A DNA stretch of 64,000 bases from Nemertoderma westbladi (lineage: Eukaryota > Animalia > Xenacoelomorpha): NCBI GenBank assembly GCA_032718475.1, contig JAUCBJ010008109.1, positions 62,001 through 126,000 of the forward strand. The letters are read 5' to 3'. The position numbers and the translations under genes were made by a program. Under the pieces are notes generated by a model. It searched no databases, had not been told where the DNA came from, and worked only from the letters and a program-made list of their open reading frames with translations. This document shows positions 15,001 through 30,000 of the stretch, one piece after another (the stretch's first letter is position 1; each line of letters begins with the position of its first letter).

Positions 15001-18000
15001 GGGATGGACTCACAGTTACAATGGATGTAAAACAAAGGGATGGACTCACAGTTACAATGGATGTTAAACAAAGGGATGGACTCACAGTTACAATGGATGT
15101 TAAACAAAGGGATGGACTCACAGTTACAATGGATGTAAAACAAAGGGATGGACTCACAGTTACAATGGATGTTAAACAAAGGGATGGACTCACAGTTACA
15201 ATGGATGTTAAACAAAGGGATGGACTCACAGTTACAATGGATGTAAAACAAAGGGATGGACTCACAGTTACAATGGATGTAAAACAAAGGGATGGACTCA
15301 CAGTTACAATGGATGTTAAACAAAGGGATGGACTCACAGTTACAATGGATGTAAAACAAAGGGATGGACTCACAGTTACAATGGATGTTAAACAAAGGGA
15401 TGGACTCACAGTTACAATGGATGTTAAACAAAGGGATGGACTCACAGTTACAATGGATGTAAAACAAAGGGATGGATAGACTCATAGTTACAATAGATTG
15501 CATGTAAAACAAAGGGATGGACTCACAGTTACAATGGATGTTAAACAAAGGGATGGACTCACAGTTACAATGGATGTAAAACAAAGGGATGGACTCACAG
15601 TTACAATGGATGTAAAATAAAGGGATGGACTCACAGTTACAATGGATTGCATGTAAAACAAAGGGATGGACTCACAGTTACAATGGATGTAAAACAAAGG
15701 GATGGATAGACTCACAGTTACAATGGATGTAAAACAAAGGGATGGACTCACAGTTACAATGGATGTAAAACAAAGGGATGGACTCACAGTTACAATGGAT
15801 GTAAAACAAAGGGATGGACTCACAGTTACAATGGATGTAAAACAAAGGGATGGACTCACAGTTACAATGGATGTAAAACAAAGGGATGGACTCACAGTTA
15901 CAATGGATGTAAAACAAAGGGATGGACTCACAGTTACAATGGATTGCATGTAAAACAAAGGGATGGACTCACAGTTACAATGGATGTTAAACAAAGGGAT
16001 GGACTCACAGTTACAATGGATGTAAAACAAAGGGATGGACTCACAGTTACAATGGATGTAAAACAAAGGGATGGATAGACTCACAGTTACAATGGATGTT
16101 AAACAAAGGGATGGATAGACTCATAGTTACAATGGATGTAAAACAAAGGGATGGACTCACAGTTACAATGGATGTAAAACAAAGGGATGGACTCACAGTT
16201 ACAATGGATGTAAAACAAAGGGATGGACTCACAGTTACAATGGATGTAAAACAAAGGGATGGATAGACTCACAGTTACAATGGATGTAAAACAAAGGGAT
16301 GGACTCACAGTTACAATGGATGTAAAACAAAGGGATGGACTCACAGTTACAATGGATGTAAAACAAAGGGATGGACTCACAGTTACAATGGATGTAAAAC
16401 AAAGGGATGGACTCACAGTTACAATGGATTGCATGTAAAACAAAGGGATGGACTCACAGTTACAATGGATGTTAAACAAAGGGATGGACTCACAGTTACA
16501 ATGGATGTAAAACAAAGGGATGGACTCACAGTTACAATGGATGTAAAACAAAGGGATGGACTCACAGTTACAATGGATTGCATGTAAAACAAAGGGATGG
16601 ACTCACAGTTACAATGGATGTTAAACAAAGGGATGGACTCACAGTTACAATGGATGTAAAACAAAGGGATGGACTCACAGTTACAATGGATGTAAAACAA
16701 AGGGATGGATAGACTCACAGTTACAATGGATGTTAAACAAAGGGATGGATAGACTCATAGTTACAATGGATGTAAAACAAAGGGATGGACTCACAGTTAC
16801 AATGGATGTAAAACAAAGGGATGGACTCACAGTTACAATGGATGTAAAACAAAGGGATGGACTCACAGTTACAATGGAGTGGATGTTAAACAAAGGGATG
16901 GATAGACTCACAGTTACAATGGATGTAAAACAAAGGGATGGACTCACAGTTACAATGGATGTTAAACAAAGGGATAGACTCACAGTTACAATAGATTGCA
17001 TGTAAAACAAAGGGATGGACTCACAGTTACAATGGATGTTAAACAAAGGGATGGATAGACTCACAGTTACAATGGATGTAAAACAAAGGGATGGACTCAC
17101 AGTTACAATGGATGTAAAACAAAGGGATGGACTCACAGTTACAATGGATGTTAAACAAAGGGATGGACTCACAGTTACAATGGATGTAAAACAAAGGGAT
17201 GGACTCACAGTTACAATGGATGTAAAACAAAGGGATGGACTCACAGTTACAATGGATGTAAAACAAAGGGATGGACTCACAGTTACAATGGATGTAAAAC
17301 AAAGGGATGGACTCACAGTTACAATGGATGTAAAACAAAGGGATGGACTCACAGTTACAATGGATGTAAAACAAAGGGATGGACTCACAGTTACAATGGA
17401 TGTAAAACAAAGGGATGGACTCACAGTTATAATGGAGTGGATGTTAAACAAAGGGATGGACTCACAGTTACAATGGATGTTAAACAAAGGGATGGACTCA
17501 CAGTTACAATGGATGTAAAACAAAGGGATGGACTCACAGTTACAATGGATGTTAAACAAAGGGATGGACTCACAGTTACAATGGATGTTATACAAAGGGA
17601 TGGACTCACAGTTACAATGGATGTAAAACAAAGGGATGGACTCACAGTTACAATGGATGTAAAACAAAGGGATGGACTCACAGTTACAATGGATGTAAAA
17701 CAAAGGGATGGACTCACAGTTACAATGGATGTTAAACAAAGGGATGGACTCACAGTTACAATGGATGTAAAACAAAGGGATGGACTCACAGTTACAATGG
17801 ATGTTAAACAAAGGGATGGACTCACAGTTACAATGGATGTAAAACAAAGGGATGGACTCACAGTTACAATGGATGTAAAACAAAGGGATGGACTCACAGT
17901 TACAATGGATGTAAAACAAAGGGATGGACTCACAGTTACAATGGATGTTAAACAAAGGGATGGACTCACAGTTACAATGGATGTAAAACAAAGGGATGGA

Positions 18001-21000
18001 CTCACAGTTACAATGGATGTAAAACAAAGGGATGGACTCACAGTTACAATGGATGTAAAACAAAGGGATGGACTCACAGTTACAATGGATGTTAAACAAA
18101 GGGATGGACTCACAGTTACAATGGATGTAAAACAAAGGGATGGACTCACAGTTACAATGGATGTTATACAAAGGGATGGACTCACAGTTACAATGGATGT
18201 AAAACAAAGGGATGGACTCACAGTTACAATGGATGTAAAACAAAGGGATGGACTCACAGTTACAATGGATGTAAAACAAAGGGATGGACTCACAGTTACA
18301 ATGGATGTAAAACAAAGGGATGGACTCACAGTTACAATGGATGTAAAACAAAGGGATGGACTCACAGTTACAATGGATGTAAAACAAAGGGATGGACTCA
18401 CAGTTACAATGGATGTAAAACAAAGGGATGGACTCACAGTTACAATGGATGTTAAACAAAGGGATGGACTCACAGTTACAATGGATGTAAAACAAAGGGA
18501 TGGACTCACAGTTACAATGGATGTTAAACAAAGGGATGGACTCACAGTTACAATGGATGTAAAACAAAGGGATGGACTCACAGTTACAATGGATGTAAAA
18601 CAAAGGGATGGACTCACAGTTACAATGGATGTAAAACAAAGGGATGGACTCACAGTTACAATGGATGTTAAACAAAGGGATGGACTCACAGTTACAATGG
18701 ATGTAAAACAAAGGGATGGACTCACAGTTACAATGGATGTAAAACAAAGGGATGGACTCACAGTTACAATGGATGTAAAACAAAGGGATGGACTCACAGT
18801 TACAATGGATGTTAAACAAAGGGATGGACTCACAGTTACAATGGATGTAAAACAAAGGGATGGACTCACAGTTACAATGGATGTAAAACAAAGGGATGGA
18901 CTCACAGTTACAATGGATGTAAAACAAAGGGATGGACTCACAGTTACAATGGATGTAAAACAAAGGGATGGACTCACAGTTACAATGGATGTAAAACAAA
19001 GGGATGGACTCACAGTTACAATGGATGTAAAACAAAGGGATGGACTCACAGTTACAATGGATGTAAAACAAAGGGATGGACTCACAGTTATAATGGAGTG
19101 GATGTTAAACAAAGGGATGGACTCACAGTTACAATGGATGTTAAACAAAGGGATGGACTCACAGTTACAATGGATGTAAAACAAAGGGATGGACTCACAG
19201 TTACAATGGATGTTAAACAAAGGGATGGACTCACAGTTACAATGGATGTTATACAAAGGGATGGACTCACAGTTACAATGGATGTAAAACAAAGGGATGG
19301 ACTCACAGTTACAATGGATGTTAAACAAAGGGATGGACTCACAGTTACAATGGATGTTATACAAAGGGATGGACTCACAGTTACAATGGATGTTATACAA
19401 AGGGATGGACTCACAGTTACAATGGATGTAAAACAAAGGGATGGACTCACAGTTACAATGGATGTTAAACAAAGGGATGGACTCACAGTTACAATGGATG
19501 TTATACAAAGGGATGGACTCACAGTTACAATGGATGTAAAACAAAGGGATGGACTCACAGTTACAATGGATGTTAAACAAAGGGATGGACTCACAGTTAC
19601 AATGGATGTTAAACAAAGGGATGGACTCACAGTTATAATGGAGTGGATGTTAAACAAAGGGATGGACTCACAGTTACAATGGATGTAAAACAAAGGGATG
19701 GACTCACAGTTACAATGGATGTTAAACAAATGGATGGACTCACAGTTACAATGGATGTAAAACAAAGGGATGGACTCACAGTTACAATGGATGTTAAACA
19801 AAGGGATGGACTCACAGTTACAATGGATGTAAAACAAAGGGATGGACTCACAGTTACAATGGATGTTAAACAAAGGGATGGACTCACAGTTACAATGGAT
19901 GTTATACAAAGGGATGGACTCACAGTTACAATGGATGTAAAACAAAGGGATGGACTCACAGTTACAATGGATGTTAAACAAAGGGATGGACTCACAGTTA
20001 CAATGGATGTTATACAAAGGGATGGACTCACAGTTACAATGGATGTTATACAAAGGGATGGACTCACAGTTACAATGGATGTAAAACAAAGGGATGGACT
20101 CACAGTTACAATGGATGTTAAACAAAGGGATGGACTCACAGTTACAATGGATGTTATACAAAGGGATGGACTCACAGTTACAATGGATGTAAAACAAAGG
20201 GATGGACTCACAGTTACAATGGATGTTAAACAAAGGGATGGACTCACAGTTACAATGGATGTTAAACAAAGGGATGGACTCACAGTTACAATGGATGTTA
20301 TACAAAGGGATGGACTCACAGTTACAATGGATGTAAAACAAAGGGATGGACTCACAGTTACAATGGATGTTAAACAAAGGGATGGACTCACAGTTACAAT
20401 GGATGTTAAACAAAGGGATGGACTCACAGTTACAATGGAGTGGATGTAAAACAAAGGGATAGACTCATAGTTACAATGGATGTTATACAAAGGGATGGAC
20501 TCACAGTTACAATGGATGTTAAACAAAGGGATGGACTCACAGTTACAATGGATGTAAAACAAAGGGATGGACTCACAGTTACAATGGATGTTAAACAAAG
20601 GGATGGACTCACAGTTATAATGGATGTAAAACAAAGGGATGGACTCACAGTTACAATGGATGTAAAACAAAGGGATGGACTCACAGTTACAATGGATGTA
20701 AAACAAAGGGATGGACTCACAGTTACAATGGATGTTAAACAAAGGGATGGACTCACAGTTACAATGGATGTTAAACAAAGGGATGGACTCACAGTTACAA
20801 TGGATGTAAAACAAAGGGATAGACTCACAGTTTCAATGGATGTTAAACAAAGGGATGGATAGACTCATAGTTACAATGGATGTAAAACAAAGGGATGGAC
20901 TCATAGTTACAATGGATGTAAAACAAAGGGATGGATAGACTCACAGTTACAATGGATGTAAAACAAAGGGATGGACTCACAGTTACAATGGATGTAAAAC

Positions 21001-24000
21001 AAAGGGATGGATAGACTCACAGTTACAATGGATGTTAAACAAAGGGATGGACTCACAGTTACAATGGATGTTAAACAAAGGGATGGACTCACAGTTACAA
21101 TGGATGTAAAACAAAGGGATGGACTCACAGTTACAATGGATGTAAAACAAAGGGATAGACTCATAGTTACAATGGATGTAAAACAAAGGGTTGGACTCAC
21201 AGTTACAATGGATGTAAAACAAAGGGATAGACTCATAGTTACAATGGATGTAAAACAAAGGGTTGGACTCACAGTTACAATGGATGTAAAACAAAGGGTT
21301 GGACTCACAGTTACAATGGATGTAAAACAAAGGGATGGACTCACAGTTACAATGGATGTAAAACAAAGGGATGGACTCACAGTTACAATGGATGTAAAAC
21401 AAAGGGATGGACTCACAGTTACAATGGATGTAAAACAAAGGGATAGACTCATAGTTACAATGGATGTAAAACAAAGGGTTGGACTCACAGTTACAATGGA
21501 TGTAAAACAAAGGGATGGACTCACAGTTACAATGGATGTAAAACAAAGGGATGGACTCACAGTTACAATGGATGTAAAACAAAGGGTTGGACTCACAGTT
21601 ACAATGGATGTAAAACAAAGGGATGGACTCACAGTTACAATGGATGTAAAACAAAGGGATGGACTCACAGTTACAATGGATGTAAAACAAAGGGATAGAC
21701 TCATAGTTACAATGGATGTAAAACAAAGGGTTGGACTCACAGTTACAATGGATGTAAAACAAAGGGATGGACTCACAGTTACAATGGATGTAAAACAAAG
21801 GGTTGGACTCACAGTTACAATGGATGTAAAACAAAGGGATGGACTCACAGTTACAATGGATGTAAAACAAAGGGATAGACTCATAGTTACAATGGATGTA
21901 AAACAAAGGGTTGGACTCACAGTTACAATGGATGTAAAACAAAGGGATGGACTCACAGTTACAATGGATGTAAAACAAAGGGATGGACTCACAGTTACAA
22001 TGGATGTAAAACAAAGGGTTGGACTCACAGTTACAATGGATGTAAAACAAAGGGATGGACTCACAGTTACAATGGATGTAAAACAAAGGGATGGACTCAC
22101 AGTTACAATGGATGTAAAACAAAGGGATAGACTCATAGTTACAATGGATGTAAAACAAAGGGATAGACTCATAGTTACAATGGATGTAAAACAAAGGGTT
22201 GGACTCACAGTTACAATGGATGTAAAACAAAGGGATGGACTCACAGTTACAATGGATGTAAAACAAAGGGTTGGACTCACAGTTACAATGGATGTAAAAC
22301 AAAGGGATGGACTCACAGTTACAATGGATGTAAAACAAAGGGATAGACTCATAGTTACAATGGATGTAAAACAAAGGGTTGGACTCACAGTTACAATGGA
22401 TGTAAAACAAAGGGATGGACTCACAGTTACAATGGATGTAAAACAAAGGGATGGACTCACAGTTACAATGGATGTAAAACAAAGGGTTGGACTCACAGTT
22501 ACAATGGATGTAAAACAAAGGGATGGACTCACAGTTACAATGGATGTAAAACAAAGGGATGGACTCACAGTTACAATGGATGTAAAACAAAGGGATAGAC
22601 TCATAGTTACAATGGATGTAAAACAAAGGGTTGGACTCACAGTTACAATGGATGTAAAACAAAGGGATGGACTCACAGTTACAATGGAGTGGATGTTAAA
22701 CAAAGGGATGGACTCACAGTTACAATGGATGTAAAACAAAGGGATGGACTCACAGTTACAATGGATGTAAAACAAAGGGATGGATAGACTCACAGTTACA
22801 ATGGATGTAAAACAAAGGGATGGACTCACAGTTACAATGGATGTAAAACAAAGGGATGGATAGACTCACAGTTACAATGGATGTAAAACAAAGGGATGGA
22901 TAGACTCACAGTTACAATGGAGTGGATGTTAAACAAAGGGATGGACTCACAGTTACAATGGATGTAAAACAAAGGGATGGACTCACAGTTACAATGGAGT
23001 GGATGTTAAACAAAGGGATGGACTCACAGTTACAATGGATGTAAAACAAAGGGATGGACTCACAGTTACAATGGATGTAAAACAAAGGGATGGACTCACA
23101 GTTACAATGGATGTAAAACAAAGGGATAGACTCATAGTTACAATGGATGTAAAACAAAGGGTTGGACTCACAGTTACAATGGATGTAAAACAAAGGGATG
23201 GACTCACAGTTACAATGGAGTGGATGTTAAACAAAGGGATGGACTCACAGTTACAATGGATGTAAAACAAAGGGATGGACTCACAGTTACAATGGATGTA
23301 AAACAAAGGGATGGATAGACTCACAGTTACAATGGATGTAAAACAAAGGGATGGACTCACAGTTACAATGGATGTAAAACAAAGGGATGGATAGACTCAC
23401 AGTTACAATGGATGTAAAACAAAGGGATGGATAGACTCACAGTTACAATGGATGTAAAACAAAGGGATGGATAGACTCACAGTTACAATGGATGTTAAAC
23501 AAAGGGATGGATAGACTCACAGTTACAATGGATGTTAAACAAAGGGATGGATAGACTCACAGTTACAATGGAGTGGATGTTAAACAAAGGGATGGACTCA
23601 CAGTTACAATGGATGTAAAACAAAGGGATGGACTCACAGTTACAATGGATGTAAAACAAAGGGATGGACTCACAGTTACAATGGATGTAAAACAAAGGGA
23701 TGGATAGACTCACAGTTACAATGGATGTAAAACAAAGGGATGGACTCACAGTTACAATGGATGTAAAACAAAGGGATGGATAGACTCACAGTTACAATGG
23801 ATGTAAAACAAAGGGATGGATAGACTCACAGTTACAATGGAGTGGATGTTAAACAAAGGGATGGACTCACAGTTACAATGGATGTAAAACAAAGGGATGG
23901 ACTCACAGTTACAATGGATGTAAAACAAAGGGATGGACTCACAGTTACAATGGATGTAAAACAAAGGGATGGACTCACAGTTACAATGGATGTAAAACAA

Positions 24001-27000
24001 AGGGATGGATAGACTCACAGTTACAATGGATGTTAAACAAAGGGATGGATAGACTCACAGTTACAATGGAGTGGATGTTAAACAAAGGGATGGACTCACA
24101 GTTACAATGGATGTAAAACAAAGGGATGGACTCACAGTTACAATGGATGTAAAACAAAGGGATGGACTCACAGTTACAATGGATGTAAAACAAAGGGATG
24201 GATAGACTCACAGTTACAATGGATGTTAAACAAAGGGATGGATAGACTCATAGTTACAATGGATGTAAAACAAAGGGATGGACTCACAGTTACAATGGAT
24301 GTAAAACAAAGGGATGGACTCACAGTTACAATGGATGTAAAACAAAGGGATGGACTCACAGTTACAATGGATGTAAAACAAAGGGATGGATAGACTCATA
24401 GTTACAATGGATGTAAAACAAAGGGATGGACTCACAGTTACAATGGATGTTAAACAAAGGGATGGACTCACAGTTACAATGGATGTAAAACAAAGGGATG
24501 GATAGACTCATAGTTACAATGGATGTAAAACAAAGGGATGGACTCACAGTTACAATGGATGTAAAACAAAGGGATGGACTCACAGTTACAATGGATGTAA
24601 AACAAAGGGATGGAATCACAGTTACAATGGATGTAAAACAAAGGGATGGACTCACAGTTACAATGGATGTTAAACAAAGGGATGGACTCACAGTTACAAT
24701 GGATGTAAAACAAAGGGATGGACTCACAGTTACAATGGATGTAAAACAAAGGGATGGACTCACAGTTACAATGGATGTAAAACAAAGGGATGGACTCACA
24801 GTTACAATGGATGTAAAACAAAGGGATGGATAGACTCACAGTTACAATGGATGTTAAACAAAGGGATGGATAGACTCACAGTTACAATGGAGTGGATGTT
24901 AAACAAAGGGATGGACTCACAGTTACAATGGATGTAAAACAAAGGGATGGACTCACAGTTACAATGGATGTAAAACAAAGGGATGGACTCACAGTTACAA
25001 TGGATGTAAAACAAAGGGATGGATAGACTCACAGTTACAATGGATGTTAAACAAAGGGATGGATAGACTCATAGTTACAATGGATGTAAAACAAAGGGAT
25101 GGACTCACAGTTACAATGGATGTAAAACAAAGGGATGGACTCACAGTTACAATGGATGTAAAACAAAGGGATGGACTCACAGTTACAATGGATGTAAAAC
25201 AAAGGGATGGATAGACTCACAGTTACAATGGATGTTAAACAAAGGGATGGATAGACTCATAGTTACAATGGATGTAAAACAAAGGGATGGACTCACAGTT
25301 ACAATGGATGTAAAACAAAGGGATGGACTCACAGTTACAATGGATGTAAAACAAAGGGATGGACTCACAGTTACAATGGATGTAAAACAAAGGGATGGAT
25401 AGACTCATAGTTACAATGGATGTAAAACAAAGGGATGGACTCACAGTTACAATGGATGTTAAACAAAGGGATGGACTCACAGTTACAATGGATGTAAAAC
25501 AAAGGGATGGATAGACTCATAGTTACAATGGATGTAAAACAAAGGGATGGACTCACAGTTACAATGGATGTAAAACAAAGGGATGGACTCACAGTTACAA
25601 TGGATGTAAAACAAAGGGATGGAATCACAGTTACAATGGATGTAAAACAAAGGGATGGACTCACAGTTACAATGGATGTTAAACAAAGGGATGGATAGAC
25701 TCACAGTTACAATGGATGTAAAACAAAGGGATGGATAGACTCACAGTTACAATGGATGTAAAACAAAGGGATGGACTCACAGTTACAATGGATGTAAAAC
25801 AAAGGGATGGACTCACAGTTACAATGGATGTTAAACAAAGGGATGGACTCACAGTTACAATGGATGTTAAACAAAGGGATAAACTCACAGTTACAATGGA
25901 TGTTAAACAAAGGGATGGACTCACAGTTACAATGGATTGCATGTAAAACAAAGGGATGGACTCACAGTTACAATGGAGTGGATGTAAAACAAAGGGATGG
26001 ACTCACAGTTACAATGGATGTTAAACAAAGGGATGGACTCACAGTTACAATAGATTGCATGTAAAACAAAGGGATGGACTCACAGTTACAATGGATGTAA
26101 AACAAAGGGATGGACTCACAGTTACAATGGATGTTAAACAAAGGGATGGACTCACAGTTACAATGGATGTTAAACAAAGGGATGGACTCACAGTTACAAT
26201 GGATGTTAAACAAAGGGATGGACTCACAGTTACAATGGATGTTAAACAAAGGGATGGACTCACAGTTACAATGGATGTTAAACAAAGGGATGGACTCACA
26301 GTTACAATGGATGTTAAACAAAGGGATGGACTCACAGTTACAATGGATGTTAAACAAAGGGATGGACTCACAGTTACAATAGAGTGGATGTTAAACAAAG
26401 GGATAGACTCACAGTTACAATGGATGTAAAACAAAGGGATGGACTCACAGTTACAATGGATGTAAAACAAAGGGATGGACTCACAGTTACAATGGATGTT
26501 AAACAAAGGGATGGACTCACAGTTACAATGGATGTAAAACAAAGGGATGGATAGACTCATAGTTACAATGGATGTAAAACAAAGGGATGGACTCACAGTT
26601 ACAATGGATGTAAAACAAAGGGATAGACTCACAGTTACAATGGATGTAAAACAAAGGGATGGACTCACAGTTACAATGGATGTTAAACAAAGGGATGGAC
26701 TCACAGTTACAATGGATGTAAAACAAAGGGATGGACTCACAGTTACAATGGATGTTAAACAAAGGGATGGACTCACAGTTACAATGGATGTTAAACAAAG
26801 GGATGGACTCACAGTTACAATGGATGTAAAACAAAGGGATGGATAGACTCATAGTTACAATGGATGTTAAACAAAGGGATAGACTCACAGTTACAATGGA
26901 TGTAAAACAAAGGGATGGACTCACAGTTACAATGGATGTAAAACAAAGGGATGGACTCACAGTTACAATGGATGTTAAACAAAGGGATGGACTCACAGTT

Positions 27001-30000
27001 ACAATGGATGTAAAACAAAGGGATGGACTCACAGTTACAATGGATGTTAAACAAAGGGATGGACTCACAGTTACAATGGATGTTAAACAAAGGGATGGAC
27101 TCACAGTTACAATGGATGTAAAACAAAGGGATGGATAGACTCATAGTTACAATGGATGTTAAACAAAGGGATGGACTCACAGTTACAATGGATGTAAAAC
27201 AAAGGGATGGATAGACTCATAGTTACAATGGATGTTAAACAAAGGGATGGACTCACAGTTACAATGGATGTAAAACAAAGGGATGGACTCACAGTTACAA
27301 TGGATGTTAAACAAAGGGATGGACTCACAGTTACAATGGATGTTAAACAAAGGGATGGACTCACAGTTATAATGGATGTTAAACAAAGGGATGGATAGAC
27401 TCACAGTTACAGTGGATGTTAAACAAAGGGATGGACTCACAGTTACAATGGATGTTAAACAAAGGGATGGACTCACAGTTACAATGGATGTTAAACAAAG
27501 GGATGGATAGACTCATAGTTACAATGGATGTAAAACAAAGGGATGGATAGACTCACAGTTACAATGGAGTGGATGTTAAACAAAGGGATGGACTCACAGT
27601 TACAATGGATGTTAAACAAAGGGATGGACTCACAGTTACAATGGATGTTAAACAAAGGGATGGACTCACAGTTACAATGGATGTTAAACAAAGGGATGGA
27701 CTCACAGTTACAATGGATGTTAAACAAAGGGATGGATAGACTCACAGTTACAATGGATGTTAAACAAAGGGATGGATAGACTCATAGTTACAATGGATGT
27801 AAAACAAAGGGATGGATAGACTCACAGTTACAATGGAGTGGATGTTAAACAAAGGGATGGACTCACAGTTACAATGGATGTTAAACAAAGGGATGGACTC
27901 ACAGTTACAATGGATGTTAAACAAAGGGATGGATAGACTCACAGTTACAATGGATGTTAAACAAAGGGATGGATAGACTCATAGTTACAATGGATGTAAA
28001 ACAAAGGGATGGATAGACTCACAGTTACAATGGAGTGGATGTTAAACAAAGGGATGGACTCACAGTTACAATGGATGTTAAACAAAGGGATGGATAGACT
28101 CACAGTTACAATGGATGTTAAACAAAGGGATGGATAGACTCACAGTTACAATGGATGTTAAACAAAGGGATGGATAGACTCATAGTTACAATGGATGTAA
28201 AACAAAGGGATAGACTCACAGTTACAATGGATGTTAAACAAAGGGATAGACTCACAGTTACAATGGATGTAAAACAAATGGATAGACTCATAGTTACAAT
28301 GGATGTAAAACAAAGGGATGGACTCACAGTTACAATGGAGTGGATGTTAAACAAAGGGATGGATAGACTCACAGTTACAATGGATGTTAAACAAAGGGAT
28401 GGACTCACAGTTACAATGGATGTTAAACAAAGGGATGGACTCACAGTTACAATGGATGTAAAACAAAGGGATGGACTCACAGTTACAATGGATGTTAAAC
28501 AAAGGGATGGACTCACAGTTACAATGGATGTAAAACAAAGGGATGGATAGACTCACATTTACAATGGATGTTAAACAAAGGGATGGACTCACAGTTACAA
28601 TGGATGTAAAACAAAGGGATGGATAGACTCACAGTTACAATGGATGTTAAACAAAGGGATGGACTCACAGTTACAATGGATGTTAAACAAAGGGATGGAC
28701 TCACAGTTACAATGGATGTAAAACAAAGGGATGGATAGACTCACAGTTACAATGGATGTTAAACAAAGGGATGGATAGACTCACAGTTACAATGGATGTT
28801 AAACAAAGGGATGGACACATAGTTACAATGGATGTAAAACAAAGGGATGGATAGACTCACAGTTACAATGGATGTTAAACAAAGGGATGGACTCACAGTT
28901 ACAATGGATGTTAAACAAAGGGATGGACTCACAGTTACAATGGATGTAAAACAAAGGGATGGACTCACAGTTACAATGGATGTAAAACAAAGGGATGGAC
29001 TAATAGTTACAATGGATGTAAAACAAAGGGATGGATAGACTCACAGTTACAATGGATGTTAAACAAAGGGATGGATAGACTCACAGTTACAATGGATGTT
29101 AAACAAAGGGATGGACTCACAGTTACAATGGATGTTAAACAAAGGGATGGACACACAGTTACAATGGATGTAAAACAAAGGGATGGATAGACTCATAGTT
29201 ACAATGGATGTAAAACAAAGGGATGGACTCACAGTTACAATGGATGTAAAACAAAGGGATGGACTCACAGTTACAATGGAGTGGATGTTAAACAAAGGGA
29301 TAGACTCACAGTTACAATGGAGTGGATGTTAAACAAAGGGATGGACTCACAGTTACAATGGATGTAAAACAAAGGGATAGACTCATAGTTACAATGGATG
29401 TAAAACAAAGGGATGGACTCACAGTTACAATGGATGTAAAACAAAGGGATGGACTCATAGTTACAATGGATGTAAAACAAAGGGATGGATAGACTCACAG
29501 TTACAATGGATGTTAAACAAAGGGATGGATAGACTCATAGTTACAATGGATGTTAAACAAAGGGATGGACTCACAGTTACAATGGATGTTAAACAAAGGG
29601 ATGGACTCACAGTTACAATGGAGTGGATGTTAAACAAAGGGATAGACTCACAGTTACAATGGATGTTAAACAAAGGGATGGACTCACAGTTACAATGGAT
29701 GTAAAACAAAGGGATGGACTCATAGTTACAATGGATGTAAAACAAAGGGATGGATAGACTCACAGTTACAATGGATGTTAAACAAAGGGATGGATAGACT
29801 CATAGTTACAATGGATGTTAAACAAAGGGATGGACTCACAGTTACAATGGATGTTAAACAAAGGGATGGACTCACAGTTACAATGGAGTGGATGTTAAAC
29901 AAAGGGATGGACTCACAGTTACAATGGATGTAAAACAAAGGGATGGACTCACAGTTACAATGGATGTTAAACAAAGGGATGGACTCACAGTTACAATGGA